Shown here: piece after piece, positions 30,473-39,902 of the stretch | How positions within the stretch are numbered: position 1 is the stretch's first letter | How the letters are laid out: each line of letters starts with the position of its first letter | Assembly: GCA_027021705.1 (NCBI GenBank) | Contig: JALUTT010000085.1 | Location: 21,526 to 85,525, forward strand | Direction: 5' to 3' | Source of the DNA: Anaerolineae bacterium | GTDB lineage: Bacteria > Chloroflexota > Anaerolineae > S140-20 | DNA length: 64,000 nt | Notes under the pieces: generated by a model | Databases searched by the model: none | Seen by the model: only the letters and a program-made list of their open reading frames with translations | Told to the model about the DNA's origin: nothing | Translations under genes and position numbers: made by a program

Positions 30473-32419
30473 ATGCACGAGACATGGCGTGACTGGTATG
30501 AGGCTGTTCTGCGTCCCCTCCTTGACCACACCCCCGATGCTGAACCTTCTCCCACCTTGAAGAAGCTGCTCGCCCGCGATCCCGACGAAGTGGACCTGGC
30601 CCTCCTGGCCGCCGACACCGACCGTACCCAAAGCTACATCTTCGAGAGCGCCAAACTCCCCGAAATCCGGGGAGGAAGCGAGCTGCTTCGCCGCCTGAAC
30701 CAGGAGGTCCTGCCCCAGATCGTGACCGACGCCGGCCTCCCCGCAGCGTGCGTGCTCTATGCCGGCGGTGGGAGCCTCCTGGCCCTGGTGCCCGCCTCCA
30801 TCGCCGACGACCTGGCGGCTCAGATCGAGCGATGCTACCCCGACCGGACCGGCACGGCAACCATCACCTGCGTCTGGCGGCCTGTCAGCCCCCAGGAGGT
30901 CCTCCACGGCTGGGGAGGCACGACCTTCTCCCAAGACCAGGTCAACGCCCTGCGCGACCGGCTCACTGCTGAGGACTGGCAGCGCGTCGCCCGCGCCTAC
31001 GGCCTCTCCGACGGTGGCCCCATCCCCCCAGAAGCCTACCGGCAGCGTCGGGGCTTTGGGCAGATGGTCCAAGTGATGGGCACGCTGCTGCGGCGGCGCA
31101 AGGAGACCCCGCCGGCCATACCCGTTGTTGAAGCCTTCCCCTTCGCCATGCGCTGCCAGGTCTGCCAAGTGCGTCCGGCGGAGCGGATCGCCCCCTACTT
31201 CGGCGAAGACCGGCCCCTCTGCGCCGCCTGTCAGCGTAAAGCAGGCGATGGACGAGCGCAAGAGGCCCGCAGCCAGCAGGTGAGGCGCTTCCTGGCCTGG
31301 CTAAAAGATCGGCCCGACCTCGAGGAACGCTACCTAGGTGACGCGGCCCGGCGCCGGGTCCACTTCACCCAGGACTTGAACGAGTTGGGGGCCGCCTGCC
31401 GAGCACGGCCGGGGTACATCGGGCTCCTCTACGCCGACGGCAACCGGATGGGCCAGGTTCTGGAGTCCCTCCCCACGCCAGAGGCCTACCGCCAGTTCAG
31501 CCAGGCCCTGAGGGAAGCCCTGGAGCACGCCGCCTACCAGGCCCTGGCAGAGCACCTCCATCCCATCCAAATCGAGCGGGTCAGCCCTACCGGAAAACCC
31601 CTGGGGAAAGGGTACATCCACCCCCTAGAACCCTTGGTCGCCGGCGGGGATGACCTGATCCTCATCGTGCCGGCCGATGTGGCGCTGCCCATCGCCCTCC
31701 GCTTGAGCCAGCTCTTCGAGCGGGAGATGGTTCAACGGGTGCCGGACGAGATATGGTCCTGGCTCCCCCCTGCCCTGCGCCACCCCACCCTCTCCGTCGG
31801 CGTCGCCATCGCCGACAGCCACAACCCCGTTCGGGTTCTCCAACAACTCTCCCGGGAACTCTGCAAGAGCGCTAAAGGTCGCGTCCACGAGGAGGAGGAG
31901 CAAGGCCACCCTCCCACCTCGGCCCTGGACTTCCTGGTGCTCAAATCCCAGAGCATGCTGCGCCGCGACCTCCGGCAGCTTCGCCGGCTCCCGCCCTACT
32001 ACTACTCCGAGGACGGGCGTCGGCGGGGCCGCTTGATGACCGCGGCGCCCTACACCCTGGAGGAGGGCCGCCGGCTGCTGCGGCTGCTCAAGGCGATACG
32101 CCAGGCGAACACCCCCACCAGCCTTCTGCAGAACCTGGTGGCCGCGCTGCATCGGGGACGCAAGTACGGCTCGCTCCACTACCTGTACCAGCAGGCCCGC
32201 TTAGGTGGGACGCAGCCCCTGCTGACCCTCCTGCCCCGAGTCTGGCCCTACGACGACCGGCGGGACCCCATCCCCTGGCACCGCCTCCCTGGCGAGGAGG
32301 AAGTCTTCGCCACCATCGTGCCCGACCTGCTGGAGCTCTACCCCTTCGTGCCCAAACCGGCCCCCGACGATCTGTGGCGGGAGGTCCTGACGGAGGCAGA
32401 CGATGAAGACGCGAATTGA
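30473..32419 (+). CDS. cas10: Cas10, type III large subunit; no HD domain, intact cyclase palm
   Basis: ADTDRTQSYIF..LPEIRGGS, LYAGGG, CQVC..CAAC zinc finger, YADGNRMG, VAGGDDL, LSVGVAI; 648 aa with no N-terminal HD domain. Confidence 0.93.
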   Translation: MHETWRDWYEAVLRPLLDHTPDAEPSPTLKKLLARDPDEVDLALLAADTDRTQSYIFESAKLPEIRGGSELLRRLNQEVLPQIVTDAGLPAACVLYAGGGSLLALVPASIADDLAAQIERCYPDRTGTATITCVWRPVSPQEVLHGWGGTTFSQDQVNALRDRLTAEDWQRVARAYGLSDGGPIPPEAYRQRRGFGQMVQVMGTLLRRRKETPPAIPVVEAFPFAMRCQVCQVRPAERIAPYFGEDRPLCAACQRKAGDGRAQEARSQQVRRFLAWLKDRPDLEERYLGDAARRRVHFTQDLNELGAACRARPGYIGLLYADGNRMGQVLESLPTPEAYRQFSQALREALEHAAYQALAEHLHPIQIERVSPTGKPLGKGYIHPLEPLVAGGDDLILIVPADVALPIALRLSQLFEREMVQRVPDEIWSWLPPALRHPTLSVGVAIADSHNPVRVLQQLSRELCKSAKGRVHEEEEQGHPPTSALDFLVLKSQSMLRRDLRQLRRLPPYYYSEDGRRRGRLMTAAPYTLEEGRRLLRLLKAIRQANTPTSLLQNLVAALHRGRKYGSLHYLYQQARLGGTQPLLTLLPRVWPYDDRRDPIPWHRLPGEEEVFATIVPDLLELYPFVPKPAPDDLWREVLTEADDEDAN

Positions 32420-34289
32420 CGTTCACCTGACCTTCGACGGCCCCTTCAACGTGGGCAGCGGAGCCATAGGCGGCTCGCTGGCCGACAAACCCCTGATCCG
32501 AGATGCCCGGGGGCTGCCTATGGTGCCTGCCTCCGCTTTCAAGGGCCGTCTGCGCCACGAGGTGGAACGGCTGGCCCCCATCCTCTGCCCCGATGATCCG
32601 CCGCCGTGTGGCTCCCCCCGCGCAGAGACGATGTGTCAGGGTGATGCGCCTCCCTGCCCCGTCTGCCGCCTCTTCGGCTCCCCTTGGCATCCAGGCCGGC
32701 TGACCTTCAGCGACTTCACGCTGGTGGAACCGGCCTTTCTGCTCATCGGGGAGCCTCCGCCGGGCCACCTGCGCTACGGCGTCGGGCTCTCGCGCCAGCG
32801 TCGGGTGGCCGAGGACCAACTGCTCTACACGGTCGAGGTCTTCCTGCCCGGCACCCCCATCACCCTGAGCGGCACGATCCAGGGCGATCTGGAGAACGAG
32901 GACCTCGTCCTGCTGAAAGCGGCGCTGGAGAACCTCCTCGCCGTCGGCGGGGGCAAGACCAAAGGGCTGGGCTGGTTTGAGATGGCCTTCCACATCCACC
33001 GGGAACCGGAGCCCGCTCCTCCCGCCCCCCTCTCGGTGGGTGACCAAGACGAGGTGCTGGAAGTCATCGTCCAGTTGGACTCCCCCCTGCTCCTGGGCCC
33101 CGATGCCGACGAGGCTTTCTACAAAACGACCCGGTCCTTCATCCCCGGCAGCGTCCTGCGGGGCTCCCTGGCCCGACAGATGACTGCCGCCTGCGAACAT
33201 GACCCGCAGGCCCCCCACGAGGGGTGTGACTTCGGTCGCCTCTTCGACGATGGCCCTGCTCCCATCTTTGAGCATCTCTACCCCACCACCTCTCACGCCT
33301 GGGAGTTCCCCTTCCCCGCCCCGCTGACCGCCCGTTCCTGCAAGTACCATCCGGGCTTCGTTCACCCCCGTGCCGAGGAGGAGGGGGGCCACGGCGTCGG
33401 GGACATTTTGATCCCCCAGGCGGTCTTCGAGGCCATGCTGGACCGGGGGCTGCCCCTGCCGGCCCTCTACCGGCCCCGGTGCCCCAGGTGCGGGGCTGAA
33501 GTGGTCCCCTTCGACGCCTTCCTCCTGATGATCGAGGCCGACCGCTTCGACAGCATCGCCGTGCCCATCCGCCGCACCTCTCACACGGCCATCAACCGGC
33601 AGCGGGCCGTTGCAGCCGACGGGCTGCTCTACACCCTGGAGACCATCGAGCCGTTGGACCACCAACGCCGTCCCACCACCTTTCGGGGGCGGGTGCGGGC
33701 CTCGCCCGCCCAGATCGCCATCCTGGCCCATTGGCTCCCCCGGCTCTCCGCTCTAGGGCGGGGCCAGACCCGGGGCCTGGGCCACGTCCACGTTCAGGTT
33801 AAGCGCCCGGAGGAGACCCCCAACCCGCTGCCCCTCCTGGAAACACGCTTGCGAGATTTCAACACCGCATTCTGCCAGGAATGGGCCTTCTACGAGCGGG
33901 TGGTAGGGGCCGAGCCCCTGCCGGACGATCTCCTCTTCTTCAGCTTGGACCTCCTCTCACCCGCCGCCCTGACCTGGCACGGCGTGCCGGTCACGGCCCC
34001 ACCCCCGGCGATGCTGGGCTTTGAGGGGGGCGTCCACCTGCAGCGGGCCTTCGCCCGCTACCAGATGGTGGGCGGCTGGCACCTGGGTGCCGGCCTGCCC
34101 CGGCGAACCCGCCCCGTGGTGGTGCAGGGAAGCGTCTTCCTCTATCGCTGCCAGGGCCTCTCCTTGGAAGCACTGGCTGCTCACTTGGCCCCCTTGGAGA
34201 CCCAGGGCCTAGGGGAGGACCGGGGTCGGGGGTTTGGCCGTCTCCTGATCTGCTCTCCCTTCCATTACAAGCCGGAGGTGACCCTATGA
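32403..34289 (+). CDS. csx10: Cas7-Cas5 RAMP fusion (Csm3-Csx10 type, III-D)
   Basis: Successive RAMP units with PASAFKGRLR and IPGSVLRG; Gly-rich loops GGGKTKGLG, GRGQTRGLG, GEDRGRGFG; QGSVFLY. Confidence 0.85.
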   Translation: MKTRIDVHLTFDGPFNVGSGAIGGSLADKPLIRDARGLPMVPASAFKGRLRHEVERLAPILCPDDPPPCGSPRAETMCQGDAPPCPVCRLFGSPWHPGRLTFSDFTLVEPAFLLIGEPPPGHLRYGVGLSRQRRVAEDQLLYTVEVFLPGTPITLSGTIQGDLENEDLVLLKAALENLLAVGGGKTKGLGWFEMAFHIHREPEPAPPAPLSVGDQDEVLEVIVQLDSPLLLGPDADEAFYKTTRSFIPGSVLRGSLARQMTAACEHDPQAPHEGCDFGRLFDDGPAPIFEHLYPTTSHAWEFPFPAPLTARSCKYHPGFVHPRAEEEGGHGVGDILIPQAVFEAMLDRGLPLPALYRPRCPRCGAEVVPFDAFLLMIEADRFDSIAVPIRRTSHTAINRQRAVAADGLLYTLETIEPLDHQRRPTTFRGRVRASPAQIAILAHWLPRLSALGRGQTRGLGHVHVQVKRPEETPNPLPLLETRLRDFNTAFCQEWAFYERVVGAEPLPDDLLFFSLDLLSPAALTWHGVPVTAPPPAMLGFEGGVHLQRAFARYQMVGGWHLGAGLPRRTRPVVVQGSVFLYRCQGLSLEALAAHLAPLETQGLGEDRGRGFGRLLICSPFHYKPEVTL

Positions 34290-34792
34290 GTGGGCAAGGA
34301 CAAGGAACGAGCAACGGACGCGAGCAGAAACGCCAGCGTCTCCGCCGTCGCATGGCGATCCAACGCCAGGTGGAGCTGCGGATGAACCACCTCATCCGGC
34401 AGATGACCCAACTGGTGGATGCGGAGACGAAGGTGGCCGAGAGCCGGATGGAGAAGCACCAGATCAAGACCCTGCTGGGGGTGGCCTTGGAGACCTCCAG
34501 CGTCGAGGTCATCAAACACTACATCCTCTACCAGGTGGGGCGGGATGTGGCGGGCACGAACTGGCGTCACAACGATTTCGGTCGGAAGCTGGTGAAGGCG
34601 CTGGACAGGCTGCGCCAGGACGCCGAGCGGATCACCCGGCAGGTCCACCGACAGCTCCGCCTGGAGGACCCCAGCCGGGAAGAGGTGGAGGAGACCTGGC
34701 TGTTGCTGGTGCGGGCCTACCTGGGCTATCTCAACCGCTACTTCTACTTTCGGAAGGAGGAGGCGCTATGGCCATCGGCAACGAGTGGATAG
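34286..34792 (+). CDS. Putative Cas11 small subunit
   Basis: 168-aa all-helical protein with ILYQVGR and YLGYLNRYF motifs, overlapping both RAMP neighbours. Confidence 0.7.
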   Translation: MSGQGQGTSNGREQKRQRLRRRMAIQRQVELRMNHLIRQMTQLVDAETKVAESRMEKHQIKTLLGVALETSSVEVIKHYILYQVGRDVAGTNWRHNDFGRKLVKALDRLRQDAERITRQVHRQLRLEDPSREEVEETWLLLVRAYLGYLNRYFYFRKEEALWPSATSG

Positions 34793-35634
34793 ACTTCACC
34801 ACCTTTCACAACCGCCTGCGGGTGCGGGGGGTTCTGCACGCCGAGACGGCCCTGCGCATCGGTAGCGGGGAGACGAGCGGCCCCACCGAGCACGACCTGC
34901 CCGTCTTAAAGGACCTCTACGGACGTCCCTACATTCCCGGCAGTTCCTTCAAAGGGGCCTACCGCGCCCACTTGGAGCGGCTGCTGCGGGGGATGGACGA
35001 GCGGCTGGCCTGCCCCAGCACCACCCGCCCGCGCGGACGCGACGCCCTGCCCGGCTGCCTCACCCAGGAGGATGTGGACTACCTGAAGCGTCAGTACGAG
35101 GGCGACGCTCCCGGCCTGGCCCGTGAGATCCTGCGCCGCTCCTGCTGGACCTGCTCCCTCCTGGGCGCCCCCTGGCTGGCCTCCAAGGTCCTGGTCCGAG
35201 ACCTGACCGTTGTCCCCGAAACTTGGTTCGAGCACTACCTTGTTCGCGACGGGGTTGCCATTGACCGGGACACCGAGACGGCGGCGGAAGGGCTCAAGTA
35301 CGACTTCGAGGCCGTTCCCTCCGGCACAGCTTTCGCCTTCGAGATGGTCATCGAGAACGCCAGCGATGCCGAATTGGGGCTGGCCCTGCTAGGGCTGCGA
35401 GAGTTTGAAGAGGGTTACGTCTCCCTGGGAGGAGGAGCCTCACGGGGGCTGGGCAACGTCCGCCTGGTGCTGGACTGGGAGCGGTCAGAGTGGCTGACAG
35501 CCTCGGACCTACGGGCCTACCTGGAACGGCGGACCGTCGGCAGCCTGGCCCGAGAGGAAGACCGTCAGCGCTACTGGCGGGCCTTCCTGGACGCGCTGGA
35601 GAGGGGAAAGAAGGAGGTAGAGGGCCATGCATAA
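34768..35634 (+). CDS. Cas7-group RAMP (Csx7/Csm3-like)
   Basis: ALRIGSG, HDLPVLKD..GRPYIPGSSFKG, RDGVAIDRDT, LGGGASRGLG. Confidence 0.9.
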   Translation: MAIGNEWIDFTTFHNRLRVRGVLHAETALRIGSGETSGPTEHDLPVLKDLYGRPYIPGSSFKGAYRAHLERLLRGMDERLACPSTTRPRGRDALPGCLTQEDVDYLKRQYEGDAPGLAREILRRSCWTCSLLGAPWLASKVLVRDLTVVPETWFEHYLVRDGVAIDRDTETAAEGLKYDFEAVPSGTAFAFEMVIENASDAELGLALLGLREFEEGYVSLGGGASRGLGNVRLVLDWERSEWLTASDLRAYLERRTVGSLAREEDRQRYWRAFLDALERGKKEVEGHA

Positions 35635-36568
35635 GAAGTTGGTCAACGAGCTGCGCCTGACCTTCCGCATCCAGCCCCAGGGCCCTTTGCTCATCAAATC
35701 GGGCCGGGAGGCCGGGGCCGATCCCACCCTGCTCGACATGAACTTCGTGCGCACCACCCACGCCGAGCTAGGCCATACTGTCTACCTGCCCGGCTCCAGC
35801 CTCAAGGGGGCCATACGCAGCTACTGCGAGAAGATCGGGCGGACGGTGGGGCTGAAGGTCTGCAACCCCCTGGACGTGCGCGATTCCTGCGGCCGCCGAC
35901 TGGAGCGCAAGGCCAAGAGGGCCACCGGCGCGGAGATCTACCGGCAGCTTTGCCCCATCTGCTGCATCTTCGGCCACACGGTCATGTCCAGCCACATCCG
36001 CTTCGACGACGCCTACCCCACACCGGAGACGGTGGCCGTGGTCAACGAGACGGAGGAGCGGGATGGGGTGGCCATAGACCGGGTGTCCGGGGCCGTGGCC
36101 GTAGGGCCATTTCAGCTCGAGGTGGTCACCCGAGGCGAGTTCCTCGCCGGCCTGACCCTGCGCAACTTCCAGCTCTGGCAGGTGGGCCTGCTGGCGGTGG
36201 CCCTACGGGATATGGCCGAGGGGCGCGTCCCCTTGGGTTTTGGCCGCAGCCGGGGGCTGGGGCGCGTCCGCTTGCGCTACGACCGGCTGGAGATCACCTA
36301 TCCCGGCCGCTTCCACGACGATGGCGGGCAGAAGTTCGACCAAGCCCTCTACGGGGTCACAGCCCTGATGTCGGCTGCCGATGCCGAACCCTACGGCTTC
36401 TACCCCGAAGACCCCCTGCCCCTGCCCGTCTCCACGACACCCGTCAGCGAGTGGGGGCGCGTCAGCCTGGTCTACGAAGACCCCGGAGCGATCATCCGGC
36501 TGCTCAAGGCAACGGTGAAGCCCTGGAGCGCCTACGTGGCGGCGATGACGCAGGGAGGGAACCGGTGA
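35627..36568 (+). CDS. Cas7-group RAMP (Csm3-like)
   Basis: GPLLIKSG, DMNFVRT, YLPGSSLKG, CPICCIFG, RDGVAIDR, LGFGRSRGLG. Confidence 0.9.
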   Translation: MHKKLVNELRLTFRIQPQGPLLIKSGREAGADPTLLDMNFVRTTHAELGHTVYLPGSSLKGAIRSYCEKIGRTVGLKVCNPLDVRDSCGRRLERKAKRATGAEIYRQLCPICCIFGHTVMSSHIRFDDAYPTPETVAVVNETEERDGVAIDRVSGAVAVGPFQLEVVTRGEFLAGLTLRNFQLWQVGLLAVALRDMAEGRVPLGFGRSRGLGRVRLRYDRLEITYPGRFHDDGGQKFDQALYGVTALMSAADAEPYGFYPEDPLPLPVSTTPVSEWGRVSLVYEDPGAIIRLLKATVKPWSAYVAAMTQGGNR

Positions 36569-37155
36569 GCGAGCGACCCCACCTCTACCACCGTTTTGTG
36601 GCCCCCGAGGAATTGGCGGCGACTCTGGAGGCTCTGAGGGCCACCTACGTCCTGGACTACCTGTACTGGGAGTCCGAGGCCACCATCGAACTGACGGCCT
36701 ACCGCACGCCGGATCCGGCGTGGTCCCACGGGCGGGCCTTCGGTCCGTCGCTGGAAGTGCGCTGGCAACGGACCGGCGAGGGGTTCGAGATGCTGCTGCT
36801 GACCGAGAGGCCGCTCCCCCTGCCCCAGGGGTGGCAACCCCTGCCGGAGGCCACTGCTGGGGGGCAAGGAGAGGCCGATACCCCGTTTCCCTACCCGGAC
36901 TCGGTGGACTCCCCGGCGCAGGTGCTGCTCTGGGGCACCCACATTCGCCACCTCCAGCACCCCCACCGGCTGGCGGGTGGCGAGGGGGATGTCTGGATCG
37001 AGACGCGCATCCCCCGCCCCCTGCGCTATCCGGTCCGGGGAGCCCCCCCCTGGGTCAAGGCCCGGGTCATCACCTACCGCTACCGGGGGCGTCCTGTGCT
37101 GACCCGCCTGGTGAGTCTGGAAGGAGAGAAGCATGAGCCCGAGACCTCCTGGTGA
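36565..37155 (+). CDS. csx19: Csx19-like subunit of the type III-D complex
   Basis: GTG start overlapping the previous stop after GGAGG; GRAFGPSLEVRW, LLWGT, ETRIPRPLRYP, TRLVSL; lies before the last Cas7. Confidence 0.7.
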   Translation: MSERPHLYHRFVAPEELAATLEALRATYVLDYLYWESEATIELTAYRTPDPAWSHGRAFGPSLEVRWQRTGEGFEMLLLTERPLPLPQGWQPLPEATAGGQGEADTPFPYPDSVDSPAQVLLWGTHIRHLQHPHRLAGGEGDVWIETRIPRPLRYPVRGAPPWVKARVITYRYRGRPVLTRLVSLEGEKHEPETSW

Positions 37156-38146
37156 TGAGTTCGTTCCCAAGCCTTACAACTTCGTTCCCTTCCCCCAGAA
37201 GGTAGAGCGCTTCCGGGTGCCCGGCCACGAACGGCTGGACCTGGCGGACCACTACAGCGGTCGGCTCACCTATCGCCTGCAGGCGCTGACCCCCGTCTTC
37301 GTGGGCACCGGCACCTACGCCCTGGGCGAGGACGTGGGCTTCCCCCGGGCACTGGTCGTCCGTCCCTTCTACCGGGTGCGCGGCGAGCCTACCATCCCCG
37401 GTTCCTCGTTGAAGGGCGTGGTCCGCAGCATCGTCGAGGCCGTCAGCCCTTCCTGTGTCACCGTCACCCGCATCGCCCCCCACAAGCTGCCCCCAGGGGT
37501 GGAACTGGCCCAGGGCCGGCGCCGGGGTTGCAGCCCCACCCAGGCCTGTCCGGCCTGCAACCTCTTCGGTCGGGTGAGCCAGTCGGCGAAGGTCCATTTC
37601 AGCGACGCCCACCTGGCCGAGGGGGGGAAGACGGCCCTCTTCCGGCTGACGCCTCTCTTCGCGCCCCGCGCCTTCCGCTCCCCACCCGTCTACCTGAACG
37701 ATGAGGGAAAGTTCAAAGGGCGCAAGTTCTACTACCACAGCCGGCCGGCCGAGGACAGCCGCCAGCCTCCCGTCGAGGTGATCCCCAAAGGGCGGCAGGT
37801 GACAGGGGAGGTGACCTTCGAGAACCTGCGGATGGCCGAACTGGGCCTCCTCCTCTTCGCCTTGGGGCTAGATGGCACCCTTACCCTCAAGCTGGGTGGC
37901 GGCAAACCCGTGGGGCTGGGCTCCCTGCGAACGGTGGGGGCGACGTTGGCCCTGCTGGAGGCCGACCACTACACCCAGGCCGAGGCCCAGGAGAGGACTT
38001 ATCGTGGGAAAGCGCTGGCCGACTTCGTAGGGCAGGCCATTGATGCCGCCCTGAGCGAAGGTATCCTCCTGCGAGAGCAAGCCCTGGAGCTGGCAGAGAT
38101 CCTGACCTTCACCCAAGATCGTTCCGCCCCTCTGAGGTCCTACTGA
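37133..38146 (+). CDS. Cas7-group RAMP (terminal III-D Cas7)
   Basis: KPYNFVPF, IPGSSLKGVVRS..EA, CPACNLFG, GRKFYYH, FENL, KLGGGKPVGLG. Confidence 0.9.
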   Translation: MSPRPPGDEFVPKPYNFVPFPQKVERFRVPGHERLDLADHYSGRLTYRLQALTPVFVGTGTYALGEDVGFPRALVVRPFYRVRGEPTIPGSSLKGVVRSIVEAVSPSCVTVTRIAPHKLPPGVELAQGRRRGCSPTQACPACNLFGRVSQSAKVHFSDAHLAEGGKTALFRLTPLFAPRAFRSPPVYLNDEGKFKGRKFYYHSRPAEDSRQPPVEVIPKGRQVTGEVTFENLRMAELGLLLFALGLDGTLTLKLGGGKPVGLGSLRTVGATLALLEADHYTQAEAQERTYRGKALADFVGQAIDAALSEGILLREQALELAEILTFTQDRSAPLRSY

Positions 38147-38241
38147 GCCTCTGCCCCACCGGAACGCACGACACGCTTTCGAGGCCCGGCCCTTCCCGGC
38201 CACGCCGATTCGCGCCGGGCTGCACGGTGAGGAGGTGACCG

Positions 38242-38586
38242 ATGGCGATGAGCAAAGCGGATTGGGCCAAAGCCGACGCCATTGCCCGCCGGTTGGCCAA
38301 GGACGTAGACCGCAACGAGCTGGGCAAGATCGTGGCCTATGCCCACCGTGTCCGCGATCCAGGGAAGGTGATCACGCTGGCGCAGCGCCTGCCCCAGAGC
38401 GGCTATGTGCGCAGCAAGCGCACCCGAGGCTACCTCCAACGAATCGCCCGGGTCCTGAGCGACGAACTGGCCGGCCTGGAAAGAGAGCGGGCGCTCGCCA
38501 TCCTGGCCTGGGCTTTCCGATTGCTCACCACCTACCAGACGGAGATGGGCACGGGCAAGGCAGCCGGGCGGAGGCAAAGAGGCTAG
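38242..38586 (+). CDS. Small basic helical protein, possibly a second Cas11-like subunit
   Basis: GAGGAGG RBS; DRNELGKIVAY...RSKRT..Y...AILAWAFRLL resembles helical small-subunit domains of type III loci. Confidence 0.55.
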   Translation: MAMSKADWAKADAIARRLAKDVDRNELGKIVAYAHRVRDPGKVITLAQRLPQSGYVRSKRTRGYLQRIARVLSDELAGLERERALAILAWAFRLLTTYQTEMGTGKAAGRRQRG

Positions 38587-38600
38587 CCTTTCGCCTTTAG

Positions 38601-39902
38601 TTGAACTGGGGTAAAGCCATGTTGGGAGAAGCCCCGATGGAATTTCTTGAGAGAGAGATTCGCGATCTTCAGGAAGAGCTGGACAGCATCGAAAAGCGCA
38701 GACACATCTTTCAGGGGCATGTGCGCCATCTCGAGGAGCGAGCAGCCATACAAGGTGGTGAACACAATCTCTCACTCGCTGATAGAACTCAATTGGAACG
38801 TGTTCGTGAAGTGTTTGAAAAGCTTGACCTACAAATGCAGGACCTCCAACGCCAGTTAGTAGACAGGCTTGATAGATTGCAGAGAGCTCAGGAGGTGGAA
38901 GCACTTGAGAAAGCGCTAGACGAGGCCATCGAGCAAGAGAATCCTAGTCTTGTAAAAAGTATCGCCGGGCAGTTGAAAAGCCTGGAACCGTCCCGTGCAG
39001 AGACGGTTGATCTGAAGCTCACGCGCTACTATTGGAGAGCAGTTATAGCTATGGAGCGCACCAGGAATTTTGATGGCTGTAGGCAAGCATGGGAACAGTT
39101 GGAAGCCCACTGCTATCGAACTGGTGACGAAGAGGGCCTTGGCAATGCCCGTGAAGGACTGGCACGCTTATTTGAGCAGCAAGGTGACAAGGAGGCTCGA
39201 GAGGGAGGATTTACCCAGGCCATCCATCTCTACCGCCAGGCCTACAAAAAGTGGTGCGAGGTAGGAACAGGAGAAGACGCACTATTCGCCCAGCAGCGTG
39301 TCTTAGGGAAACAGGCCCAAGCGTACGAGAATCTGGAACAGCTTGAAAAAGCATTGCACTGTAGTTATGATCGGCTAGAACTGCTGACGCAGATGGGACG
39401 ATTACAAGAAGCCAAGCCTTGCTACCGCCAAGCCATAAAGTTATGCGCCAGGCTCTCCGGCCCACAGCGTGATGATTGGGAGTATAGACTCACCAGCCTC
39501 TATGTCGAGTGGCTTAAAGACCTTGAGAGCCCCTCGGAGATTCAGGAAATCGCCGACCTCGGTCGTCGTGAGAACAGACCAGCAATTTACGAACCTGCCA
39601 CTTATGCCCTAAAGGATCTCAGTATCTTGATCCCACAGCCGTTACACCTCCGAGAGAGACATCGCTCCCCACCAGGAGAACCATCGCGCGATCTGACCAT
39701 CCGACAGCGCTGTGCTGACTTGGACAAACTGATTGCCGAAGCCCAAAAGCTTCTCAGGGAGTTCGAGGAGCTCCGCCTCCTGGCCGATGATCCCAAGAAA
39801 AAGCTTCGGCTGGAACGCCAGATCGCCGACCTGAAGGCCCAGATGAAGGATTACGAAGCGGAGTATCAGGAGCTACAGTGCCACGAGCTAGAGGGGAGGT
39901 AA
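38601..39902 (+). CDS. TPR-like helical protein with N- and C-terminal coiled-coil modules (start may be 38619 or 38637)
   Basis: TPR-like A..LY.QA and A..CYRQA repeats; C-terminal ~60 aa shared with the next ORF; visibly AT-richer DNA. Confidence 0.7.
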   Translation: MNWGKAMLGEAPMEFLEREIRDLQEELDSIEKRRHIFQGHVRHLEERAAIQGGEHNLSLADRTQLERVREVFEKLDLQMQDLQRQLVDRLDRLQRAQEVEALEKALDEAIEQENPSLVKSIAGQLKSLEPSRAETVDLKLTRYYWRAVIAMERTRNFDGCRQAWEQLEAHCYRTGDEEGLGNAREGLARLFEQQGDKEAREGGFTQAIHLYRQAYKKWCEVGTGEDALFAQQRVLGKQAQAYENLEQLEKALHCSYDRLELLTQMGRLQEAKPCYRQAIKLCARLSGPQRDDWEYRLTSLYVEWLKDLESPSEIQEIADLGRRENRPAIYEPATYALKDLSILIPQPLHLRERHRSPPGEPSRDLTIRQRCADLDKLIAEAQKLLREFEELRLLADDPKKKLRLERQIADLKAQMKDYEAEYQELQCHELEGR

